In this document: piece after piece, positions 22,545 through 32,729 of the stretch
Layout: every line of letters begins with the position of its first letter
How positions within the stretch are numbered: the stretch's first letter is position 1
Assembly: GCA_029838195.1 (NCBI GenBank)
Contig: JALGVJ010000010.1
Span: forward strand, 49,772-113,771
Direction: 5' to 3'
Source of the DNA: Promethearchaeota archaeon
GTDB lineage: Archaea; Asgardarchaeota; Lokiarchaeia; Sigyniarchaeales; SOKP01
DNA length: 64,000 bases
Notes under the pieces: generated by a model
The model's database searches: none
Told to the model about the DNA's origin: nothing
What the model saw: the letters and a program-made list of their open reading frames with translations, nothing else
Position numbers and translations under genes: made by a program

Positions 22545-24218
22545 TTACTCGAACTCTAAAATTGCTCCTTTAGAAGCGGAACTTACTAATTTTCTGTATT
22601 TTAGTAGGGTTTTACTCTTGATCTCTCTTTCAACAGGTTGCCAATTCTTTAACCTTTTCTTGATCTCCTCTTCTGAAACTTTAAAATCTAATCTCCTATT
22701 TGGAATATCAATTTGAATGAGATCTCCATCCTCTACCACGGCTATAGGACCCCCGACGTAAGCCTCCGGACTGACATGCCCAATACAAGGCCCTTGAGAA
22801 GCTCCGGAAAATCTTCCATCCGTGATCAAAGCAAAATCGGTCATATCTTGTCTCACCATTAAATTGGACGTGAGAGCAACTAACTCCGGCATTCCTGGCC
22901 CACCCTTTGGCCCTTCATAACGAACTATGATGACATCTCCATTTTTAATTTCATGCGATGATAATGCTTTTATTGCCTCTCGCTCTGAATTATAGCATCG
23001 AGCAGGACCTTCAAATTTTAATAAACTTTCCTTCCCTACAGCAGATTGCTTCACAACGGCGCATTCTGGAGCAAGATTTCCCTTCAAGATTACGGTTCCT
23101 CCCTCGAGAGACACCGGTCTATCAAGAGGACGAATTACCTCATCATCGAGCACCTTAACTTTTCTTAAAAGTTTCTTTAATGGTTTTTCCGACACGGTCA
23201 GGCAGTCCAAGTTCAAGTGATCCGCGATTCTTTTCATCACTGCCGGAACGCCTCCTGCCTTATATAAATCCACGATTCCATACACGCCGGAAGGGGATGT
23301 ATTGACAATCATGGGTATTTTCTTGCTATATTCATTAAATTTCTCCAGGTCAAACTCGATATCCATCTCATGAGCAATAGCTGGGATGTGAAGCGTGGCA
23401 TTTGTAGAGCCCCCAATTGCCGCATCCATTAACAGCACATTTTCCAAGGATTTCTCAGTCATTATCATGGAAGGTGTTATGCCATGCTCTAATAAATCCA
23501 TGATCTTTCGACCAGAATTTTTTGCAATGACTAATTTCTTGCGCGTGAAGGCAGGTGTGGTTGCCGCATTGGGTAAGGTCATTCCGAAAGCTTCCATTAA
23601 AATTTGAGTCGTATTCGCTGTTCCCATGAATTCACAAGCTCCAGCTGTAGCACATGCTATGCAATCTGTTTTATGTTGAAAATCCTCGTAATATTTTACA
23701 TCAACGCCTTTATAATCAGGGGAAAAAGCGATTTCAAATAAATTGGGTCCACCTGGCACGCATATGGCAGGGATGTCCAATCTTACTATCGCCATTAATA
23801 CTGCTGGATTGATCTTATCGCAGCTCGAGAGCGTGACAATCGCATCGAGTCGATGTGCTTCTACCATGGCTTCGATGGAATCAGCTATTATTTCTCTCTG
23901 AGGAAGGATAAAACGCATTCCAACATGGCCATTAGCCCATCCATCGCAAGGGGCAATGGTATTAAATTCTAACGGAACTCCGCCTCTCTCAGCTATTCCT
24001 AATTTTACCGCATCTGCTAATTGTCTCAAATGCATGTGCCCTGGATTAATCTCGTTCCAAGTGTTTACAATCCCTATAAATGGTTTTTCATGAAGTTCTT
24101 TCTCATCTATGCCCGTTCCCATTATCATCCCCTTGGTTGCGAAGTAATAGGCAGTATTTTTAATAACTTCAAAGATCTGATTGCTACGTGCTTTTACATT
24201 TATTTTTTTTTCATTCAT
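22545..24218 (-). CDS. ilvD: Dihydroxy-acid dehydratase (IlvD/Edd family)
   Basis: PCDG, SCDK, GACEFMGTANT, GGSTN, EGPKGGPGMPE, TDGRFSG. Confidence 0.92.
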   Translation of the reverse strand: MNEKKINVKARSNQIFEVIKNTAYYFATKGMIMGTGIDEKELHEKPFIGIVNTWNEINPGHMHLRQLADAVKLGIAERGGVPLEFNTIAPCDGWANGHVGMRFILPQREIIADSIEAMVEAHRLDAIVTLSSCDKINPAVLMAIVRLDIPAICVPGGPNLFEIAFSPDYKGVDVKYYEDFQHKTDCIACATAGACEFMGTANTTQILMEAFGMTLPNAATTPAFTRKKLVIAKNSGRKIMDLLEHGITPSMIMTEKSLENVLLMDAAIGGSTNATLHIPAIAHEMDIEFDLEKFNEYSKKIPMIVNTSPSGVYGIVDLYKAGGVPAVMKRIADHLNLDCLTVSEKPLKKLLRKVKVLDDEVIRPLDRPVSLEGGTVILKGNLAPECAVVKQSAVGKESLLKFEGPARCYNSEREAIKALSSHEIKNGDVIIVRYEGPKGGPGMPELVALTSNLMVRQDMTDFALITDGRFSGASQGPCIGHVSPEAYVGGPIAVVEDGDLIQIDIPNRRLDFKVSEEEIKKRLKNWQPVEREIKSKTLLKYRKLVSSASKGAILEFE

Positions 24219-24443
24219 GAGTCTTGCCTCTTTCTATTTAACTTATTGTTATTTTATTAATTAATAAGATACATTGATGTAAAAATACATCATGAAATTA
24301 AAAAATTAATTAAAATTTGAGATAGAGCTTTAATGAAAAAAGTTTGGAAAAAAATATTTATCACGGGTTTTTTTTAAAGGGTGCTCTACTATCCTTTTTA
24401 TCATTCACGAGTTAGCATATTTCGAATGAATCCGGATTAAATC

Positions 24444-24620
24444 TCATTTTAAATCATAATAACATCGTTTAGGAGAATAGACGAGACCTTCTTCTCTTAA
24501 TTCTTTAATGATTTTGGATACCTCTTTGGATTCGATTCCTATTGCTTTTGCTATATCTCCGGGACGCAAGGGTTTTCCTGCATTTTTAAAAGCTTCCAAT
24601 ACTTTTTCTTTTTCTGACAT
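24444..24620 (-). CDS. Small winged-HTH protein (58 aa), absent from the ORF track
   Basis: Manual translation: MSEKEKVLEAFKNAGKPLRPGDIAKAIGIESKEVSKIIKELREEGLVYSPKRCYYDLK*. Confidence 0.85.
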   Translation of the reverse strand: MSEKEKVLEAFKNAGKPLRPGDIAKAIGIESKEVSKIIKELREEGLVYSPKRCYYDLK

Positions 24621-24705
24621 GAGGATCAGTTGCTAAATTAATTAATTCATTTGATAATTCTTGTATTTAATCAAGAATTTGTTTTTAAAAATGTTTTCAT
24701 TTTCG

Positions 24706-24923
24706 ATGTTTATCGAAGAGAAAGCAAAAATCATGATATCCTGTTTTATTAAAAAGGAGAATTAAAAAATCTAACCATCTTGAGAAAATTAATGGGCATT
24801 CCAAAAGAGGAGTTAAGAATAAAATTAAACGACGTGATTAACCGGGGTAAACTTCGAAAAATTACCCCTTATTATTACGTGTTGCCTTATTCTCCCGGAG
24901 GATTTCGCGCTGATTTTAATTAA
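24706..24923 (+). pseudogene. Remnant of the N-terminal HTH region of a 4Fe-4S-binding protein (family of 56400..57491)
   Basis: MFIEEKAKIMISCF..., then after stops and a frameshift LRKLMGIPKEELRIKLNDVINRGKLRKITPYYYVLPYSPGGF. Confidence 0.55.
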
Positions 24924-24986
24924 TTCGTGAAGAAGAGATGAATTTAGGCATGTTTTATATCATTCGTGCTCAAGAGATGGAAAAAG

Positions 24987-25433
24987 CTAGAAACTCGGTG
25001 GCTTCCACTTTTTATAATAAGATTCATATTTCTTTAATATTTCAGTGGGCTCAATTTTTCTATTTTCTTGAAGAGCTCGCAAGGCTTCCAATAATATCTC
25101 TGTTTGTAGTAAAACAAATTCTTGGTGTTTGATATCACTGGTGGTTAAGAATCGGTGAGTTATTTCATTCGATTTCAGTGTATCCATGGTGTTTATGTTA
25201 AAAACGTCTAAAAAATATCCTATAATAAAAGCAGCTAATAAAATAATGGGGAATATTAATATTATCATCCAAAATTCGATATTAAATGCCAAAGAAATTA
25301 ATGAAATCGCACTTAATGTAGATACGATAATGGAATAATACGATTGCCCTAATTTTAATCTAGAAAGTTGACGTCCAATGAATTGAGCAGATTTTACGGT
25401 CTTAATAAAATCTGTCTTTTTGATTCTTAGCAT
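24987..25433 (-). CDS. Hypothetical two-TM membrane protein
   Basis: Intact ORF with two hydrophobic helices. Confidence 0.65.
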   Translation of the reverse strand: MLRIKKTDFIKTVKSAQFIGRQLSRLKLGQSYYSIIVSTLSAISLISLAFNIEFWMIILIFPIILLAAFIIGYFLDVFNINTMDTLKSNEITHRFLTTSDIKHQEFVLLQTEILLEALRALQENRKIEPTEILKKYESYYKKWKPPSF

Positions 25434-25826
25434 GGTTCCTACCTCTAATTTAGTGATCTTTTAATTGATATCATGGAAGATAAAACGTATCATTTCTATT
25501 ATTTTATTGCATGTTTTATTATCCGAGGAGAAATTTTGTGTTCCCTAAAAGGAAAGAATTCGATTCTTTCATTTCTCCTTCAATTTCATTCAAGATTTTT
25601 CCAAGCATGTCAAAGTAATCTTTTAAATTCGAAAAAAAATCTTGATCAATTCTTTTCAAATTCCTCTCGTTCCGTACTAAAATTTCCCCTGCCACGGAAA
25701 TAAAACGGATTTCTTGACTCGGGGTGCTTCTTTATTATTTTTGGTAAATTTAAAATGAAACCATGTACTAGTTAATTAAACACTTTTGAATTCGTCATTT
25801 AAAGGATGAAGCAAAAATGAATAGTA

Positions 25827-27083
25827 ATGACTATGAAAGAGAATAATGAATATTCCAATTACATGTTCAATTTAATTGAAACAATCTGTAAAAAATTTGG
25901 CTCAAGATATTCTTGTAGCCAAGCAGAAAGAGAAGCAAATGAATGGCTCAAAAAAGAATTAGAGACTTTTTGCGATGAGACTCATTTAGATACATTTGAA
26001 ACTTATCCCGGTTTATATCCTCAAGGGCTCATAAAAGTTACAGGCTTTTTCGCTGGTATTTCCTTTATTTTCATGCCGCTCATCTTTCCCTTTCCCATTT
26101 TATCCATGATTTTTGTCTTGTTCGGTTTATTCATATTATATACGGAATTAATCCTCATGAAAGAATGGATCAAGTTTCTCTTTAAAAAAGGGACCTCCAG
26201 CAACGTGTTTGGCATCATTAAGCCATTGAAAGAACCGAAATTTCGAATAATCTTTGAAGGACATACGGATAGTGCCAAGGAAATGAACATTGCAAGCTAT
26301 AATTATAAATTAAGAAAATTCGTAAGCACGTTTGGCATTGCTTATTTAGCAATTACAATTGCGTTCTCCATCCTTAAATTTGTTAGTCAAATCCTCTTAG
26401 GAAATGCGATTATTTTCGCAGGATGGGGCATGTTTTCTTGGACCATCATTGACACGTATTATTTCATTCTATTTGCAATCACGTACCCTTTTTTCTTGTT
26501 GCTTCTTAGAGGATTCCTTGGAAAAACAATCGTGTTGGGTGCTAATGATAACTTATCCGGATCCGCAGTTTCATTAGCCATTGGAAAATATCTAAGCGAA
26601 AAACGACCTAATAACGTGGAAGTGTGGGTCTGTTCGCAAGGCTCGGAAGAAGTAGGTGATAAGGGTGCCCGTGCTTTCGTTCAAAAATATGGAAAGTTCT
26701 TAGAAAATGCGTATAGTGTTGTTTTAGAGTGTTGCGGTGCAGCAGGTGCCATGTTCATCATCCATAAGGACATGCATAAAGCAATTTATAGCGAGAAAAT
26801 CAATGAAAAATTAGAACAAGCCTATCAACAACTCAAGAAAAAATATCCGGATCTCTTACCCCTCAGAAAGGGCCGGTTAAGAATAGGAGCATGCGATGCT
26901 GGGCGCTATATTGAAGAGGGATATGAAGCTGCCGCCTTATTTGGTCGAGAAAAAGATAGAAATAAGGCTGTCAATTGGCATTCCGTTTTAGATACCCCGG
27001 AAAACATCGATAAAAACGTGTTAAATCAATTCTTCCAAGTATGCTTGGAATTCGTCCGGATAATTGATAAAGAGTTTGATTAA
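25827..27083 (+). CDS. Membrane-embedded M28 family peptidase
   Basis: GHTDS, GANDNLSG, GSEEVG, WHS..D motifs, with TM insertions. Confidence 0.88.
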   Translation: MTMKENNEYSNYMFNLIETICKKFGSRYSCSQAEREANEWLKKELETFCDETHLDTFETYPGLYPQGLIKVTGFFAGISFIFMPLIFPFPILSMIFVLFGLFILYTELILMKEWIKFLFKKGTSSNVFGIIKPLKEPKFRIIFEGHTDSAKEMNIASYNYKLRKFVSTFGIAYLAITIAFSILKFVSQILLGNAIIFAGWGMFSWTIIDTYYFILFAITYPFFLLLLRGFLGKTIVLGANDNLSGSAVSLAIGKYLSEKRPNNVEVWVCSQGSEEVGDKGARAFVQKYGKFLENAYSVVLECCGAAGAMFIIHKDMHKAIYSEKINEKLEQAYQQLKKKYPDLLPLRKGRLRIGACDAGRYIEEGYEAAALFGREKDRNKAVNWHSVLDTPENIDKNVLNQFFQVCLEFVRIIDKEFD

Positions 27084-27124
27084 CCTTGAAATTTTGGAGG
27101 AAAAAAAATTTATTACCCAATTTC

Positions 27125-28354
27125 TTATTTTTGTTTATTTATTTGAACCTCTATTAAGGAATAATTCCTTGAGCCGAGGCCCATTTCTTCCGCCGCTTGT
27201 AATTGAAACTCCCAATTCCTAAAAACCTTCCCTTCCTTGTTTAAATCATATTCTCCCGTGTTAGGATCAAAACGGGGTGTAAAAGAAAACCACGGCTTTT
27301 TTTCTTCTAAAGATAATTTATCTATCCCACCTAAAATCGAATACGGATTCATGTAAGAAGAATGGGCTAAATCAATACATGCTTGATCCAAGGCAACGGG
27401 ATCTAAAGAAGATAAAATACCAATGTCAGGAATAAAAGGCGTATCACTCCCACCTGTACAATCACATTGCCAGGTAATGTCTATAGCATAATTTATATAG
27501 AAAATCCTATCCCTTCCAAAGTAATCCACCACCCCCCTCGCATTATCTACCATTTGCAATAGGAATTCCTCGTTCGTAATGGTATCAGTAACTATAACAC
27601 CATTCTTGCAAACAGACCTACAGACATAACAATATCCGCAAAGCTCCCAATTTTTAATCAAATTATTATCATTATCTTTCCTTAATGCACCCCTTGGACA
27701 TGCTTTAATGCATTTATCGCATTCCGGAGCACAATTTTTCAAGACATACTCAAATTTCTTTCCTAAATGCGCTTGAACTTTCCCACCTTTAGCAACGCAG
27801 CCGATTCCTAAATTCTTTATGGCTCCTCCAAAACCAGCACCAACATGTCCCTTAAAATGAGAGGCTAATATCAAATGATCAAATTCTCTTAATCTCCCCG
27901 CTACTAACACTTCTTGAAACCGCTTCCCCTCGATTTTTTGAATTTCAAAATCCGTTCCATCGGGACCATCCAGCATTAAAATCTCTGCACCCATTGTTTC
28001 TTTTGTGTATCCATGCTTTAAAGCAACTTCTAAATACTCCTTTTCTGTAGCTCGCCCGCTGTATTCCGTGTGAATACCCGTTATTTCTTCGGGAGCCCCC
28101 CAACCACACGATTCAGCAACGCTCGGAATTGCTCCAACACTCTTAATATAATCACAAAGAAACCGGATGTATGATGGCCTGAGATGCCGCACGTTTTCTA
28201 ATGCTCCAAAATGAGTCTTTATCACTACCTTATCTTTTTGCCTAACTTTTTCTTCAAACCCTAATTTTTCCAAGGAAAGCGGACCTTTTACCATGGACAT
28301 GCTCTCCTCTTTCGACAACGTGCGGGCTGTAAAAAAATATACCTTCGATTTCAC
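27125..28354 (-). CDS. DUF362 domain Fe-S protein
   Basis: IKTHFG, SHFKGH..AGFGGAIKNLGIG, ferredoxin insert, CDC, DPVALDQAC. Confidence 0.9.
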   Translation of the reverse strand: MKSKVYFFTARTLSKEESMSMVKGPLSLEKLGFEEKVRQKDKVVIKTHFGALENVRHLRPSYIRFLCDYIKSVGAIPSVAESCGWGAPEEITGIHTEYSGRATEKEYLEVALKHGYTKETMGAEILMLDGPDGTDFEIQKIEGKRFQEVLVAGRLREFDHLILASHFKGHVGAGFGGAIKNLGIGCVAKGGKVQAHLGKKFEYVLKNCAPECDKCIKACPRGALRKDNDNNLIKNWELCGYCYVCRSVCKNGVIVTDTITNEEFLLQMVDNARGVVDYFGRDRIFYINYAIDITWQCDCTGGSDTPFIPDIGILSSLDPVALDQACIDLAHSSYMNPYSILGGIDKLSLEEKKPWFSFTPRFDPNTGEYDLNKEGKVFRNWEFQLQAAEEMGLGSRNYSLIEVQINKQK

Positions 28355-28602
28355 ATTATCTCCTCATCAATTATCTTTAAAAAAATCCGTGCTTCTTGTT
28401 TTAATGATGAAATGTATTGTATGATTTAAAGGACGTGATTATAAGATCTTAAGTTTCCCTCCCATTCATTGAATTGGAACTCTTATTTAATGAGAAATTG
28501 AGCGCATGAGAATAAAAATAGTGAACACTTGAACCATGATCTACATTTATTTCAAATTCCAAGCTAAAATAAGGCAAAATTTTTTAGTAATGTCTGCTTG
28601 TA

Positions 28603-28836
28603 TTGTGTATGAGATGCCCTGAATGCGCAGGAAAAATGAAGTGGCAATCCTCGATTAAGCGTTTAGTATGCGAATCTTGTGGATTATCGTTAACCCAATA
28701 CGAATTAGATACTTATTGGAAAAAAATTAGAGAGCAAAACATTAATGAATCTGATGAACTTGATAAAAGGAAGCAGAGAAGGAAAGAGTGGCTGGAATGG
28801 TATTCCAAATCAAAGATAGAAAAAGAGCGCTATTAA
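28603..28836 (+). CDS. Small zinc-ribbon protein
   Basis: MRCPECAG...VCESCG followed by a charged helix. ATG probably at 28609. Confidence 0.75.
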   Translation: MCMRCPECAGKMKWQSSIKRLVCESCGLSLTQYELDTYWKKIREQNINESDELDKRKQRRKEWLEWYSKSKIEKERY

Positions 28837-29088
28837 AAGTATTTCAATTTTCCTGAGAACATCAAAAAAAAATTCTAAAAATTGCAGGAAGCTAACATAA
28901 AAGTTTAATATAAACGCATTTAGGCAGAAATATTTACTTAGGTTGATTTTTTAAGAAATTTTAGCATTTTTCTTACAGCAACATGATTGAGAAGTAAGTA
29001 ATTAAAACTTTTCTTTTTACAATAATAATTAAGAGTCGAATTCAATTCATGATGTTGTAACGAAGGAAAAGGTTTAGAAAAACCGGGT

Positions 29089-30288
29089 TTAAAACTTCTT
29101 TTGGAAAATGTCTTCTAGCAATTCCATTAATTTTTGGGGTGGTATATCGAGCAGAGTTATACGCAGATGGCGTCCTCGTTCCGAATCTTCGATTCGTTCT
29201 GTTTTGGAGGATATAATTTTTAATGATTTTAATTGGCGTACATATTTTCGGAAACTCATTTTAACATGCGCTTCCACGTTATATGTATTACAAATCTCTT
29301 GATATTCATCATAGGCATCATCAACGAGGGTATAGGGTTCTTTATTACTGAGCAAGGAACGTGCGATGCCATATAAAGCCAATAATTCATGGTCTTTTAA
29401 CTTATCGACGATATCGCCGCGGAAAGTGGGATAGACGTCATTAGAGGCTTCTCGTACCATATCGGCAGTAATGGTATTTAATCCTTCTTTATCGGCGTAC
29501 ATTCCACATTTTCGTAGGATTTCTATTCCGTGGCGCATGTTTTTGTGATCTACAACAATTTGAGCTATCATTTCGAGGACATCTTCGTCAAGACTTTCTT
29601 TAAATGCCAGTTCACTCCTGTATCTTAGGATTTGAAGGCTTTCTTCGAAATTATAGGGTTTTAATTTGATTTTTTCATTAATTCGGCTAAGGATTCGTTC
29701 GGTTTCGATTCGCATCCAATCTTGGATTCGTGAGATGAGCAGGATAGACAATTTAGCGTTTTGATGGCCATAAGTTTCTGCGATATCGAGCAAGGCGAGT
29801 ACTTCCTCGCTGCTCAAGATTTGGACCTCGTCGAGGATGAGGAGCATGTAGCCTTGTTCATTTATTAATTTTGCTAAAATTAACTTAATGGCTTCATCAT
29901 CGCTAAACCCTCGTCCGGATCCATGAGTATATTTAGCTAATAATTCTCTTATTATTTTTGATTTGCTTCTGAAATTAATGCAATTAAAATATTCGATGAA
30001 AAGATTCACATCATATTCCAAGGCGATGGTTCGAAAATTTCTGCCGAAGTAGCGTGCCGTCACGGTTTTTCCCGTGCCTCCCTTTCCCAAAATCAAGCAA
30101 TTTATTGAAGGTTGCTCTTTTTCTTCCAAGATTCTCCTGAAGTTAAAAATTAATGTTTTAATGGGTTCATCCCTGCAGAATAATTTTTCAGGGACATAGC
30201 TCAAGTCGAGGGAACTAGCCTGTCTGAACACCGATTTAGCGGAGAATTGCGCTCTAAATTCGTTTTCATCCATTATATACGAAACCAT
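29089..30288 (-). CDS. cdc6: Orc1/Cdc6 replication initiator family AAA+ ATPase
   Basis: SYVPEKLFCRD, Walker A GKGGTGKT, Walker B LILDE, C-terminal winged helix. Confidence 0.93.
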   Translation of the reverse strand: MVSYIMDENEFRAQFSAKSVFRQASSLDLSYVPEKLFCRDEPIKTLIFNFRRILEEKEQPSINCLILGKGGTGKTVTARYFGRNFRTIALEYDVNLFIEYFNCINFRSKSKIIRELLAKYTHGSGRGFSDDEAIKLILAKLINEQGYMLLILDEVQILSSEEVLALLDIAETYGHQNAKLSILLISRIQDWMRIETERILSRINEKIKLKPYNFEESLQILRYRSELAFKESLDEDVLEMIAQIVVDHKNMRHGIEILRKCGMYADKEGLNTITADMVREASNDVYPTFRGDIVDKLKDHELLALYGIARSLLSNKEPYTLVDDAYDEYQEICNTYNVEAHVKMSFRKYVRQLKSLKIISSKTERIEDSERGRHLRITLLDIPPQKLMELLEDIFQKKF

Positions 30289-30438
30289 GAAAATATTTTA
30301 ACATTCAATTAAAGTTTAATCTAATATTTCTAATATATTTTAGGTTAATTAAAGATTAATGAAATCTTTCCACCTTAGGGTTTCACGAGAGGTAGAAAAT
30401 GAGGAAAAAATAAAAGAAGATTATATTCTTTTAATCTA

Positions 30439-31365
30439 TCATTCGAGGAATGCGCCATTATTTAGCGGATGCATCAAGGTATATGATTTTTTAATCCGGG
30501 TAATGTCATTTTTCGCATAAATTCTGGTAGTATTGGGGCTACTATGCCCTAAGATATCTTGCAGCTCACTAATATCCATTCCCGAGCGGCGTAAATGAGT
30601 AGCTCCCGTATGTCGAAAGACGTGCGGTGTAATGATTCTGGACTTTGAAAATCCGCATTTCTCCTTGATAATGTTTATATCTTTTTGGATGACACGAGCG
30701 GATAGTTTCTTACCTCGCGTGTTAACTAATAAATAATCATCCGGTTCCCATGTTAGTCTATCAATTAAGCTCTGTTTAAGTACTTGAAGGGTTTTGGAGT
30801 CAACGGGGACGATTCTTTCCTTGTTTCCTTTCCCTCTTAATCGAATGTATCCTCGAGAAAAATCCACGTCTTTAATTCTAATATTACAAATCTCACTTAC
30901 TCTTGCCATGGTGGAATATAAGAGGCGTATTAAAATATAATACCGTTGGCTTTTTTTTGAATTGAAAAGGGTTTTATTGGTTAATTTCTTGAAAATAAGT
31001 TTCATTTCCTCAATGGTTAAGAACTTGGGCAAATTTTCCTCCATTTTAATTTTCGGTGATTTAATTTTTTCCATGGGGTTGTTTTTTAAGAATTCATTTA
31101 GAGTTAAGAACTTAAAAAAGGAGCGCAAGCAAGCAATTTTTCGGCTGATAGCTTTCTTGGTATAATTTTTTTCCTTTAATTTTTTTAAAAAAAACCGTAT
31201 TTTCTGCAAGAGAAAGGGCGAATTAATATCTAAATCCCCGACAATTTCAATGAACTTGCATAAATCATATTTATACGCTTTAATCGTGGAACGAGAACAT
31301 CCTTCTTCGATTTCTTTTGCGATTAAAAAATCTTCAATGAACTGAGAAATCTTCATTCCATCCAT
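30439..31365 (-). CDS. xerA: Tyrosine recombinase XerA (XerC/D family)
   Basis: SAM-like N-terminus. Catalytic R (ARVSE), K (GKGNKER), HxxR (HVFRH), H (LGHS) and Y (RIYA). Confidence 0.9.
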   Translation of the reverse strand: MDGMKISQFIEDFLIAKEIEEGCSRSTIKAYKYDLCKFIEIVGDLDINSPFLLQKIRFFLKKLKEKNYTKKAISRKIACLRSFFKFLTLNEFLKNNPMEKIKSPKIKMEENLPKFLTIEEMKLIFKKLTNKTLFNSKKSQRYYILIRLLYSTMARVSEICNIRIKDVDFSRGYIRLRGKGNKERIVPVDSKTLQVLKQSLIDRLTWEPDDYLLVNTRGKKLSARVIQKDINIIKEKCGFSKSRIITPHVFRHTGATHLRRSGMDISELQDILGHSSPNTTRIYAKNDITRIKKSYTLMHPLNNGAFLE

Positions 31366-31370
31366 GTTAT

Positions 31371-31413
31371 GTAGATATTATTCTAGTACTTATTAAAGGT
31401 AAGTAATATCCAC
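31371..31413. promoter_or_regulatory. Inverted repeat straddling the putative xerA TATA box
   Basis: gtagatatta (31371-31380) / taatatccac (31404-31413), 9/10 match. Minus-strand TTTAATAA lies ~25 nt upstream of the ATG. Confidence 0.4.
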
Positions 31414-31488
31414 GTGATACATGAAGAAATTAAGAAACGTTGAAGTTTTTTAAAGGAATCATTAAAAAAGAAGAGAAGAAGTTCTTTT

Positions 31489-32433
31489 TCATTCTTTTTT
31501 TTTCGTGCGTATGTACTTGTTCGCATTAATAGCGGCACGGGCTCCCTCTGCTGTAGCGAAAACGACTTGAAAAAGCCCCCCCGTCACATCGCCTGCTGCA
31601 TAAATCCCTTTAATATTGGTTTCCTGCTCTTCATTTACTTTAATATTTCCTTTATCATCCAGTTCAATACCGGCTTTCTTAAAAATAGAATTGGAAGGAA
31701 GATGGGACAAGATAAAGAGGCAATCTAATTCAAACACTTCAACACGCCCCTCTTTTTTAGGATCAAGGGATTTGGCAACAATTTTTTGAATGGTTCCTTC
31801 CTTGGTAGGTACAATTTCGGTAATTTCCATTTGATCTATTATTTCGATTCCTTTTTCTCTAACTTCTTGGACTTGTTCGGGCAATTGTTCCATGGGTACT
31901 TTCGTGATGATTTTTATCTTGCAACCCATTTGATGGAGAACAAGAGCATCCTCTATGACTTCTTCATCCCATCCATAGAGATATACGGTTTTATCCTTGT
32001 ATAAAGGTCCGTCACAGAGTGCACAATAAGATACACCAAATCCAATGAGTTTTTCCTCTCCTTTTATTTGTTCTTTTCTATGACCTCTTCCAGTGGTGAT
32101 GATGACAGCATCTGCTGTAAAATTAGCATTCTTAGTCGATATCAAGTTAGCGCCCATTCCCACCATGAGCGAAATCACGTCTCCTCCCATGATTTTAACA
32201 TTGGAATAAGCTTTTAATTGTTCTCTAAATCGTGATAATAACTCGGAGCCCGAAATATTCCAATAACCGGGATAGTTCGAAATTTCTTTGGCTTGAGTTA
32301 ATGCTGAAGGTTCTTTTCCTTGAAGAATGATCGTGTTTCTATTAGCTCTCCCACAATATAAGCCAGCAGTTAATCCAGCAGGGCCTGCTCCTATTATTAA
32401 CACTTCACATGAGTAATCTTCCATAAAGCTCAC
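31489..32433 (-). CDS. trxB: Thioredoxin reductase (TrxB family)
   Basis: GAGPAGLTA, GVSYCALCDG (CxxC), GIYAAGDVTG. Confidence 0.88.
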   Translation of the reverse strand: MSFMEDYSCEVLIIGAGPAGLTAGLYCGRANRNTIILQGKEPSALTQAKEISNYPGYWNISGSELLSRFREQLKAYSNVKIMGGDVISLMVGMGANLISTKNANFTADAVIITTGRGHRKEQIKGEEKLIGFGVSYCALCDGPLYKDKTVYLYGWDEEVIEDALVLHQMGCKIKIITKVPMEQLPEQVQEVREKGIEIIDQMEITEIVPTKEGTIQKIVAKSLDPKKEGRVEVFELDCLFILSHLPSNSIFKKAGIELDDKGNIKVNEEQETNIKGIYAAGDVTGGLFQVVFATAEGARAAINANKYIRTKKKE

Positions 32434-32729
32434 TTTTAATTCTCATTTTGATAAACAATAGAATGATTTTATTTTTAAATTTTTTTATTCCGTGAAATAA
32501 AAACATAATCTCAAAAAAGAATGTTATTAAATGCTTGATTGATTTTTTTCCACTCTCTTGAGAAACTATGCCCAATAAATATTAACGATAAAGTATTAAT
32601 GATAAATAAGCATGAAACACGTGCTCTTACAACCATCCTCATGAATTTAAATTAGAAAAATATTCAAGATTTATTAAAAGATACCCTGAAATTATTCTTG
32701 AAGCATTTTATCTAATGAATTAATTATTC

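Noticed and set aside
25520-25730. Minus-strand open stretch resembling an amidohydrolase C-terminus (STPSQEIRFISVAGEILVRN), and the plus-strand ORF 25473..25703
   Set aside because: No start codon and the similarity is too weak to support. The plus-strand ORF has no recognisable features.
28837-30438. Replication origin next to cdc6
   Set aside because: The flanks are AT-rich but have no repeated ORB-like boxes. The single TTCCACCTTAGGGTTTCAC near 30368 is too weak to call.
30439-31365. Integrase of a prophage or integrative element
   Set aside because: Size and motifs fit chromosomal XerA. There is no adjacent tRNA, att repeat or viral/plasmid gene.
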